Source of the DNA: Armatimonadota bacterium
GTDB lineage: Bacteria; Armatimonadota; Armatimonadia; Armatimonadales; Armatimonadaceae
DNA: 19,900 nucleotides
Direction of reading: 5' to 3'
NCBI GenBank assembly: GCA_043754515.1
Contig: JAYUUO010000003.1
Span: 1 to 19,900, forward strand
This document shows, piece by piece, positions 1-8,200 of the stretch; within the stretch, counting starts at the first letter, position 1, and the number at the start of each line of letters is the position of its first letter. The position numbers and the translations under genes were made by a program. Below the pieces are notes generated by a model. That model had not been told where the DNA came from and did no database searches. It worked only from the letters and a program-made list of their open reading frames with translations.

Positions 1-722
1 AACGATGTCGCGGTGGTGACCACGTAATTCATTTGGTAGCGTGACGCCCGCCCCATTAGTTCGCGGGCTATATGAAGGCGGAAGCGTCCGGTGAGCGACC
101 ATTTCGAGCGCGAGCGGATGATGACCATGCCGACCGTGCGGGCCGCGATCCCACTCAGCAGGAGCGACCACGGCCCGAAGTGGGTCAGCGCGAGGGCGAT
201 CGCGACCACGATCTGCGTCACATTCTCCGCCACCTCCGACCGAGCGAGCGGCTCGAAATCGAGATGCCGTTCCATCATTGCCATCGGAACCGACCGTAAC
301 GTGACCAGGAACAGCACGCCGATGCCGACGCAGAGCATCGGTGCCGCGGAACTGTCTACCCTGTAAAAGTGGAGGATCCAGCTCGAGAGGAGGGTGACGA
401 TGGCGGCCGCCGTGAACGAGATGCTCTGCTGAATCCAGAAAACGGTCGCGGCTTCGTCCGCGCTCGGCTCCTCTTTCTGCGAGATCAGGATGTTGTTCAG
501 ACTAAACTCACAAAAGAAAAGCCCGACCCCGACCACTCCGCTGACGACGCCGAAGACGCCGAAATCTCGGCTACTCAGAAAGCGGGCCAGAGTAAGGCTA
601 CTGACGAGTCGGAGGAGGATGGCGACCACGGTGCGCACCCCGAGCACCCGCGCGCCACGCACCGCTTTATCCCGAATCGAACCCGTATCCGGCGCGTCCG
701 GGGTTCCGGTGACGCTAGACAT
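1..722 (-). CDS. wzx: Wzx/WzxC-type polysaccharide flippase (MOP superfamily), 5' part; runs off the left edge
   Basis: Not in the ORF track. Manual translation from ATG 722 (alternative ATG 728) is open to the edge: MSSVTGTPDAPDTGSIRDKAVRGARVLGVRTVVAILLRLVSSLTLARFLSSRDFGVFGVVSGVVGVGLFFCEFSLNNILISQKEE...ATVFWIQ...LRSVPMAMMERHLDFEPLARSEV...FGPWSLL. This fits the 'LARxLxPxxFG', 'RxLxFxxLA' and 'GxWSL' patterns of WzxC-like flippases, with many hydrophobic segments. The start overlaps the stop of the glycosyltransferase. Confidence 0.88.
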   Translation of the reverse strand, partial: MSSVTGTPDAPDTGSIRDKAVRGARVLGVRTVVAILLRLVSSLTLARFLSSRDFGVFGVVSGVVGVGLFFCEFSLNNILISQKEEPSADEAATVFWIQQSISFTAAAIVTLLSSWILHFYRVDSSAAPMLCVGIGVLFLVTLRSVPMAMMERHLDFEPLARSEVAENVTQIVVAIALALTHFGPWSLLLSGIAARTVGMVIIRSRSKWSLTGRFRLHIARELMGRASRYQMNYVVTTATS

Positions 723-1893
723 GGGCATGAATCCGGGACGCGGTTCCGCCGCGCACGAGATCCCAGAAAGCCGCCCGGTTGTCACCCGCCATGAACCGGC
801 GGTGGGCGAGCGCGAACGCGTTCTCGATGACCGCCTCGCGTTTACGTGGCTCCAGAGTGTCCATGAGCGCGGACGCGAGGGAGTCGGCGTTCATGTCATG
901 GCAGTGGAAGGCGGCATCCCCGAGAACGACCGCGGCGGCGGCGTCCGCCGTTCCGTGGTACAGGATCGGGGCACCGATCCCCAGGTACGTCACCATTTTC
1001 GTGGACAGACTATAGCGGTAGAACGGCGCGTTTTCGGGTTGCGTCGGCAGGGGGAGATACAAAACGTCCGCCTCCTCGAAGTCGCCCTCGATCTCCTTCT
1101 CTGGCCGGGAGGGGCGCGTCTCGACCAGCGGGTGTACGCGGAGGGACGGCTGCAACCCGCCGCGCGAGATCAGTTTGACGTCCATCCCGGTCGCCGCTTT
1201 AATCTTCTCCAGTGCCGCGAGTAGCACCCGAAAATTCGGCTCGTAGGACAGGTGTTGGGAGCCCATGAAGTAGACGTACAGTCGGTCCTTCACCGGAGCA
1301 CGCTTCGTGGTCGGGGGTTCTTCCAGTCCGTCGGTCACCATCACATACTCCCGCTGGCCGAACCGGCGGCAATACTCCTCGCCCATCTGATCACTGATCA
1401 CGATCCGCCCCGTCGCGGAAAGCCACGCCTGTTCCAGTTCGCGCTCCGCCTCCGCGAGGCGCGGGTTCCCGTGAAGGTTGTACGCCAATTCGTCATGCAC
1501 GTTCAGGTAAAAGGGAACCCCCATCCGCCGGGCGACCCGGCTAGCATACGCGAAGTGCATCCCGTGCGGGATCGCGTGTATCGCCGTTACCTGGTGTTCC
1601 CGCATGACCGCCTCCAGCCGCTCCGTGAACGTCCCCGCCGAAAACGGCTCGATTAGATCGCAGTATTTGCCGAATCGGGTGCTCTCGATGCGCCCCAGGT
1701 GCGGGCGGACGGGGAGAAAATGTTCGTTGTAAGCGGGCGCGGGCGGACATTTCTGCGCGTTATCGTGAGCCGCCATCACGCAGACATACCCGGTATCCTT
1801 CGGCACTTCGCTCAGTAGCGACCTCAGTATCCGTCCCGATCCCGTTGAGGACAGAAGCGGAATCTGGTTGACGAACCCGATTACGTGGCGCAT
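715..1893 (-). CDS. Glycosyltransferase, GT-B fold (GT4-like)
   Basis: 392 aa. N-terminal 'STGSGRIL' loop, 'VHD', 'RIVISDQMGEEY', 'YFMGS', and C-terminal 'EADVLYLP...RYSLSTKMVTYLGIGAPIL', typical of GT4-like nucleotide-sugar-binding domains. AAGGGG SD-like sequence upstream; adjacent to a flippase. Confidence 0.8.
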   Translation of the reverse strand: MRHVIGFVNQIPLLSSTGSGRILRSLLSEVPKDTGYVCVMAAHDNAQKCPPAPAYNEHFLPVRPHLGRIESTRFGKYCDLIEPFSAGTFTERLEAVMREHQVTAIHAIPHGMHFAYASRVARRMGVPFYLNVHDELAYNLHGNPRLAEAERELEQAWLSATGRIVISDQMGEEYCRRFGQREYVMVTDGLEEPPTTKRAPVKDRLYVYFMGSQHLSYEPNFRVLLAALEKIKAATGMDVKLISRGGLQPSLRVHPLVETRPSRPEKEIEGDFEEADVLYLPLPTQPENAPFYRYSLSTKMVTYLGIGAPILYHGTADAAAAVVLGDAAFHCHDMNADSLASALMDTLEPRKREAVIENAFALAHRRFMAGDNRAAFWDLVRGGTASRIHAHV

Positions 1894-1902
1894 GTCATCC
1901 CC

Positions 1903-3180
1903 TTACCGGTCAATGTCGCCGAGTACGATGTCAATCGAGCCGATCATCGCCACGACGTCCGCGACCATCCGCCCCTGGGTCATTTTCGGCAGGGCTTGCA
2001 GATTATAGAACGAGGGTCCCTTGATTTTAACCCGGTACGGCTTGTTCGAGCCGTCGGACACGATGTAATACGCCTTCTCCCCGCGCGGCCCTTCGACCGC
2101 GCCGATGGCCTCCCCAACCGGCGGGTGGAACCCCTCGGTGTACAGTTTGAAGTGGTGGATCAGCGATTCCATGGACGTGTCGAGTTCGGCGCGCGGGGGC
2201 GGCGCGATCTTGCGGTCCGACGTGCGCACCGGCGCGTCTCCGAGCGAGACGACCTTCGCGTACGCCTGCTCGCACAGATAGAGCGACTGTCGGAACTCCT
2301 CCATGCGGACGCGATACCGGTCATAAACGTCGCCGACCTGCCCGACCGCGACGTCGAAGGCAAACTCCTCGTACGCCGAATACGGGTTGGCTTTGCGCAG
2401 GTCGTGGTTGACGCCCGACGCCCGCAGGGACGGCCCCGACATGCCAAAACCGATCGCGTCACTCGCCGAAATGACCCCGACGCCGCGCGTCCTCTCGATC
2501 CAAATCGGGTTATTGGTTAGTAGCCCTTCGTACAGCTCGATGCGCGCCGGGAAGTAATCCATGAACTCGCGCACCCGCTGTAGCCAACCGGCGGGCGCGT
2601 CGCCGCGCAATCCGCCGGGACAGATCCAGGACGTTTTGGTGCGGACGCCGGACAAATGCTCTTTTATTTCCAGCACCCGCTCCCGGTCCTGCCAGGTGTA
2701 AAAGAAGACCGACATCGCGCCGATGTCCAGCGCGTGCGTCCCGAGCCAGAGCGAGTGCGAGGCGATCCGCTCCAGTTCGTTCAAGAGCACGCGCATGTAC
2801 TGCGCCTTTTTGGGGATCTCGACCTGCATCAGTTTCTCGACTGCGAGCGAGTACGCCAGGTTGTTGCACAGGTTGGACAGGTAGTCCTCGCGGTCGGTTA
2901 AGACGAGAGCCTTGTAGTACGACAGGTTCTCCATCGTCTTTTCGATGCCGGTATGGAGGTAGCCAATGTGCGGCGTGCAACGTACCACGGTCTCGCCGTC
3001 TAGTTCGAGCACGAGGCGTAGCACGCCGTGCGTGGACGGGTGCGACGGCCCCATGTTGATGGTCATCGTCTCCGCGTCGGTATCCGGGTCGTAGGATCGT
3101 TCGATCTCGATGCCCGCCGGTGCCGAGTTGGCCTTCGGGAGGTTGCTTTTCGTGGTCGCGAGTTGAGTTAAAGCCGCCAT
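1903..3180 (-). CDS. nuoD: NADH-quinone oxidoreductase subunit D
   Basis: NMGPSHPSTHGVLRL, IGYLHTGIEK, DREDY, ELERIASH, MESLIHHFKL, EGPRGE and C-terminal GSIDIVLGDIDR. No NiFe-binding CxxC motifs. Confidence 0.98.
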   Translation of the reverse strand: MAALTQLATTKSNLPKANSAPAGIEIERSYDPDTDAETMTINMGPSHPSTHGVLRLVLELDGETVVRCTPHIGYLHTGIEKTMENLSYYKALVLTDREDYLSNLCNNLAYSLAVEKLMQVEIPKKAQYMRVLLNELERIASHSLWLGTHALDIGAMSVFFYTWQDRERVLEIKEHLSGVRTKTSWICPGGLRGDAPAGWLQRVREFMDYFPARIELYEGLLTNNPIWIERTRGVGVISASDAIGFGMSGPSLRASGVNHDLRKANPYSAYEEFAFDVAVGQVGDVYDRYRVRMEEFRQSLYLCEQAYAKVVSLGDAPVRTSDRKIAPPPRAELDTSMESLIHHFKLYTEGFHPPVGEAIGAVEGPRGEKAYYIVSDGSNKPYRVKIKGPSFYNLQALPKMTQGRMVADVVAMIGSIDIVLGDIDR

Positions 3181-3240
3181 AATCGTTTCATTCTAAGGGC
3201 GGTACCGCCGCCCACCGCGTGAACGCCGCCGGGTCGTAGC

Positions 3241-3858
3241 CTAGTTCAAAATCGCCTTGTCGCGGACGTTGTGCGAGAACTCCACCTCTTCGCCGCCGAG
3301 CGGGAAGTCTTTGCGCAGGGGGTGCCCCACCCAGTCGTCCGGCATCAGGATGCGTCGGAGGTCATTATGCCCTAGAAACGTGATCCCAAACATGTCGAAA
3401 ATCTCACGTTCCGCCCAATCCGCGGCGGGCCATATGTGCGAGGCGGATTCTATCTCGGGTTCGTCCTCGTCCACCTGCGCCTTGATTATGATGCGCCGCT
3501 TGTACGTCAGCGAGTAGAGCGAGTAGATCACCTCAAAGCGCGGCTCGCGCTCGAAGCCGAGCAGATCCAAGCCGAAGATGTCGGACACAAGGTCGTAGCG
3601 CGTGGTGGGGTCGTCACGTAGCACCGTGAGTATGTCCACGATATGCGCCTTGCGCACCACGATGAAGTCCTCCTCGCGGAACCGCTTCGCGCCGACAATC
3701 TCGGAGCCGTAGCCCGACTCTACAAGCAGGCGGAACTCGCTGGAGTTGTCCGGGTTCAGGTTGAAGTCGTCGAGCCGCGCCACGTCCGACTTGAACGTGC
3801 GGTCGCGGATGGCGAGGTCGGAGCCAGAAAGGCCCAGGCGTACATCGGTATCTATCAT
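3241..3858 (-). CDS. nuoC: NADH-quinone oxidoreductase subunit C
   Basis: RFEVIYSLYS, WAEREIFDMFGITFLGHNDLRRILMPDDWVGHPLRKDFPL. The ATG directly follows the nuoB TAA. Confidence 0.97.
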   Translation of the reverse strand: MIDTDVRLGLSGSDLAIRDRTFKSDVARLDDFNLNPDNSSEFRLLVESGYGSEIVGAKRFREEDFIVVRKAHIVDILTVLRDDPTTRYDLVSDIFGLDLLGFEREPRFEVIYSLYSLTYKRRIIIKAQVDEDEPEIESASHIWPAADWAEREIFDMFGITFLGHNDLRRILMPDDWVGHPLRKDFPLGGEEVEFSHNVRDKAILN

Positions 3859-4347
3859 TTACGCATACTTCTCGAACGTCTCGTGGTCAATCTTGCGTTG
3901 CAGTTCCGTGATCGCGTAGATCAGCGCGTCCGGGGACGGCGGGCAACCCGGCACGTAAATATCCACCGGCACGATCTGGTCAACGCCCTGCACCACGGCG
4001 TAGTTGTTGAACACGCCGCCGTTGCTGGCGCAGTCGCCCATCGCGATCACCCACTTCGGCTCCGGCATCTGGTCGTACACCTGCCGCAATACGGGTGCCA
4101 TCTTCTTGCAGACGCGCCCGGAGACGATCATCAGGTCGGCCTGGCGAGGCGAGGCGCGGAACGCCTCGGAGCCGAACCGGGCGAGGTCGAACCGGCTATC
4201 AGTGCTCGCCATCATCTCGATGGCGCAACAGGCAAGCCCGAACGTCGCGGGCCACAGCGAGTTGCGCCGCGACCAGTTGACGAGCTTGTTCAGCGACACG
4301 GTGAGGAAACTCTGATCCGTCTCACCCTGCGAAAATGCTACTCCCAT
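3859..4347 (-). CDS. nuoB: NADH-quinone oxidoreductase subunit B
   Basis: [60 protein letters not shown] (N2 cluster ligands). Start moved to ATG 4347 (MGVAFSQ), which overlaps the nuoA end (GAATGGGAGTAG). Confidence 0.97.
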   Translation of the reverse strand: MGVAFSQGETDQSFLTVSLNKLVNWSRRNSLWPATFGLACCAIEMMASTDSRFDLARFGSEAFRASPRQADLMIVSGRVCKKMAPVLRQVYDQMPEPKWVIAMGDCASNGGVFNNYAVVQGVDQIVPVDIYVPGCPPSPDALIYAITELQRKIDHETFEKYA

Positions 4348-4727
4348 TCGAACGCACCCCGTTTCCAAACGTAAAAATAGCCCACGAACAGAATGGCGAT
4401 AAACACCGCCATCTCGCACAGGTTGAAGAGCATCATCGAGCCGCTAGCGCGGAACGTCACCGCCCACGGGTACAGAAACACGGTCTCGATGTCGAAGATA
4501 ATAAACAGCATGGCGACCAGGTAGAACTTGATCGGGAACCGCTCCCGCGCCGAGCCGATAGGCGTCACGCCGCACTCGTACGGCGCGTCCTTCTGCGGCG
4601 AGGGCCGCCGGGGTCCCAGCAGGTGCGACAGGAAGACCAGCGCGGCGGAGACGCCGACCGCGACCACGCCCATGACGAGGACCGGGATGTAGGACGAAAG
4701 GAGGGAGTGGGTGGTTTGCGTTTCCAT
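4338..4727 (-). CDS. nuoA: NADH-quinone oxidoreductase subunit A
   Basis: Three TM segments, [37 protein letters not shown]. Start is uncertain: ATG 4727 chosen, ATG 4757/4760 possible. Confidence 0.95.
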   Translation of the reverse strand: METQTTHSLLSSYIPVLVMGVVAVGVSAALVFLSHLLGPRRPSPQKDAPYECGVTPIGSARERFPIKFYLVAMLFIIFDIETVFLYPWAVTFRASGSMMLFNLCEMAVFIAILFVGYFYVWKRGAFEWE

Positions 4728-4792
4728 GCGCGTTTCGGTGTAGAACCTGTCCGTCATCATACCCCGGACGCGGCGAACCGGCGTACGCGGGT

Positions 4793-4816
4793 ACTTTGAG
4801 AAGTTTATCACAAAGT
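4793..4816. promoter_or_regulatory. Rex-like (or CRP-like) operator upstream of nuoA
   Basis: Core 4796-4813 read on the minus strand is TTGTGAT-AAAC-TTCTCAA, with 2 mismatches to TTGTGAA-N4-TTCACAA. The dyad is extended by ACT...AGT. It is an AT-rich island in GC-rich DNA, upstream of an NADH dehydrogenase operon. Confidence 0.65.
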
Positions 4817-5036
4817 CATGGGCGCGGGCAATCGCCGGTGCCGCCTGACAGGGCGATTGTGCCATAGCATTGGCTACGCGGGTCTCGCCCCGCGTCGGCA
4901 GGCGGGTCGGGGATGGCCACGGGTTCGGGTACACGGTCCGTTGGGGCGGGGTGAGCGGACAATGAACCGCTCGCGGTAGAAAGTGGACTTAGAGATGGGT
5001 TCATTGCCCGCGCTACTTGGTTCCGCCGCGTGCCGA

Positions 5037-5056
5037 CGCGCGGAAAAATCCGCGCG
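5037..5056. repeat. Perfect inverted repeat CGCGCGGA-AAAA-TCCGCGCG in the divergent intergenic region
   Basis: Read directly: 8-bp arms with a 4-nt spacer. Function unknown. Confidence 0.6.
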
Positions 5057-5240
5057 CCGTTGCAGGAGATCCCCTCACATCTGGCGAATAACCCCCGCAA
5101 CGTTTCCCGTCGGTGCCGCTATCTGCTTTTCCGTTCCCTGTCCCGCCGATTCGCCCGATGTTTCATCTCATCCCGACCGTTCGCGTACCGGGCGTCCCGA
5201 CCGTTTGTCGCCGGGACTGCCCCAAGAAAGGAACCGCTTC

Positions 5241-8200
5241 GTGCCCTGGAAGCCCGTTTATACCCGCGTCGGCGCGTACTCCGTCGCCATCGCCTTATCG
5301 TTCTCGCTCGCGTCGCCGGTCTTATGCGCCCCGGATACCTTCAACGGCAACGCGTTCGCGCCCGCCCCGAACACGTTCGCCATCACCAACGCCCGCATCG
5401 TCTCCGGCTCCGGCAAGATCATTGAGCACGGAACGCTCGTCCTGCGGGGCGGCTTGATCATGGCGGTCGGCGACGGCAACAAAGTCGCGACGCCGCCGGA
5501 CGCGCGGGTGATTGACGGCACGGGTCTCTCGGTATACCCCGCGCTGGTGGACGCGTTCACCAGCGACGGCATGCCCGCCGCATCCACCTCTTCAGCCCCA
5601 GAGCGGGGCGCGGTCTACCCGGTCACCACGATCCGAGCCGAGATGGACGCGGCGACGCTCTTGAAGCCCGACACGGCGGCGTGGGGTGCTCTGCGCAAGA
5701 GCGGGTTCGGCGCGGCACTGGTCGCCCCGGGCGTCGGGCTGGTCGCGGGGACGTCGGCGTTCGTGTCGCTCGCGCCGGAAACTGCCGACGTTTCCGCGCT
5801 ACTCGTGCGACCCGACGTCGCCATGCATGCGTCCTGGTCGAACCCGAAGCCCACCGGCGCGGACGCCTACCCGCAGTCGCTGATGGGCAAGATCTCCGCG
5901 CTCCGCCAGGCGTTGCTGGACGCGCAAGACGCTGACATGCGCCGCGCCGACTACGCGAAAAACCCGGCGGGGAAGCCGCGCCCGGTGCTCTCGGCGTCGG
6001 TCGCCGCGCTGATCCCGGTCGTGCGCAAGCAGAAGCCGCTCGTGATCCACGCCGACACCGCGATCTCCATCCGCCGCGCCCTGCGGATCGCCCGCGAGTT
6101 CGGCCTGACGCCGATCATCGAAGGGGGCGAGGAGGCGGGGGCGGTCGCGGACGAGTTGAAGGCGGCGGGCGCGAGCGTGCTACTAACGGCGGCACTGCCC
6201 GAGCCACCCAAAGTGCTGGACGGGGACGACAACCCGTCCACCTTGCAGGGACTGCGCTACCGGGCGACCGTGCCGCGCACCGCCGCGAAACTGGCGGCGG
6301 CAGGGGTGCCGTTCGCGTTTGGCACCGACGGGCTGAAGTCGGTGGGCGACTTCCGGCGCAACATCCGCCGCATGATCGCCGCCGGACTCAGCACGGACGC
6401 GGCGACCACGGCGGCAACGCAGACCGCCGCCAAACTGTTCGGCGTTGACAAGCAGATCGGCTCGCTCGCGGTCGGCTCGCTCGGGAACGTCCTGATCACC
6501 GACGGCGACCTGTGGGCCGCGAAGACGAAGATCCGCTACCTGTTCGTGGACGGCAAGAAGACCGAGGTCGGGGAGCCCGCCACTAAACCGGGCGTTGTCG
6601 CGAAAACCGATAAGACGGACAAGCCAGACGTTGAAGCCACACCCGAAAAGCCCGCATTGACGCTGGACGAGATCAAGAAACTGCTACCGCCCGGCGTGTC
6701 GGTCATCCAGGCGTTGTCGTTCCTGCGCGACTCGCCGGAGGAGGCCGTCACCTTCCTGCCGAAGGGCGTCTCGGTGGACGAGGCGATAGCCGCTTTAGAG
6801 GGCAGGGACGCCAGCCCGAAGCCGGGCACCGCGCCGAAAAAGAACACCGACGAGGTGACCGCGCCGCCGACAGTGAGCGGGGGGCTGGTGCCGCCGCTCC
6901 CGCCCCCGATGGCCGCCGCGTTCGTGCTACGCGGCGCGACCGTTTGGACGGTCGCGAAAGACGGCGTGCTGGCCGGAGCCGACGTTTACGTGAAAGACGG
7001 CAAAATCGCGGCGGTCGGGGTCGGCTTACGCGTCCCCGTCGGCACCGCCGAGGTGGACGCGCGCGGCAAGCACGTTACACCCGGTATCATTGACTGTCAC
7101 TCGCATACCGCGCTGGACGCGGTGAATGAGGGCACGAACATCGTGACCGCCGAATGCCGCATCCAGGACGTGATCAACCCCGAGGACGTCAACATCTACC
7201 GGCAACTCGCGGGCGGTACGACCTGCGCCAACCTGTTGCACGGTTCGGCGAACGCGATTGGCGGACAAAATCAGATCGTGAAGTGGCGGTGGGGCCAGAA
7301 CGCGGACGGGCTGGTGTTCGCCGCCGCGCCGAAGGGCATCAAGTTCGCGCTCGGCGAGAATCCGACGCAGTCGAACTTCGACCACGATAATCCGCGCTAC
7401 CCTTACTCGCGCATGGGCGTCGAGCGGGTCATCCGCGAGTCGTTCACGCTGGCGCGGAACTACCAGAGTGAAGAAAAAGCGTATCGGGACGGCAAGCAGC
7501 CGCTCCCGCCGCGCCGCGACCTGCGTATGGACGCGCTGGTGGAGGTGCTAGAGGGGAAGCGCAAGGTGCATTGCCACTCGTACCGGCAGGACGAGATTCT
7601 AGCCATGATCCGTGTCGCGGACGAGTTCGGGTTCCATATCGCGACGTTCCAGCATGTGATGGAGGGCTACAAGGTCGCGGACGAGATCGCGAAGCACGGC
7701 GCGGGCGGCTCGACATTCAGCGATTGGTGGGCTTACAAGTTTGAAGTACGCGACGCGATCCAGTACAACGGGGCGTTGATGAGCGAGCGCGGCGTGGTGA
7801 CATCGTTCAACTCCGACGACTCGGAACTGGCGCGTCGCCTGAACCTGGAGGCGGCGAAGGCGGTGCATTGGGGCGGCCTCACGCCACAGGAGGCAATCCG
7901 GTTCGTGACGATCAACCCGGCGAAGCAGCTCGGCATTGACGCGTATGTCGGCTCGCTCGAAAAAGGGAAGGACGCGGACCTCGTGGTCTGGAGCGGCGAC
8001 CCGCTGTCGTCGCTGACGATCTGCGAGAAAACGTTCGTGGACGGCAAACTCTACTTCGACCGCGCGGCGGATCTCGCCGCGCGCCCCGCTCTGGAGGCGG
8101 AAAAGAAGCGGCTACTGGACGCGGAAAAGCCGGAGAAAGCGAAGAAGCCTATCGTGGGCGGCGCGGTGTCCGCGCTCGCGTCCGCTCCCGCTCCGCCGTC

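Noticed and set aside
72..1656. Plus-strand ORFs at the left end
   Set aside because: Antisense to the flippase and glycosyltransferase, which carry the family motifs.
1903..4727. Group 4 [NiFe]-hydrogenase instead of complex I
   Set aside because: The D subunit lacks both CxxC nickel motifs and ends in the NuoD-type DIVLGDIDR; a canonical nuoA is present.
4822..5013. 6S RNA (about 190 nt with a closing stem)
   Set aside because: Only the terminal 11 bp pair; no continuous rod with a central bubble could be traced. Kept only as an unassigned structured region.
4983..5240. 86-aa N-terminal extension of the amidohydrolase in the ORF track (likewise the long starts given for nuoA, nuoB, Gfo, the TIM barrel and DUF4142)
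   Set aside because: The extensions are not family-like and overlap promoter or intergenic features. Downstream starts have SD sequences, signal peptides or translational coupling.
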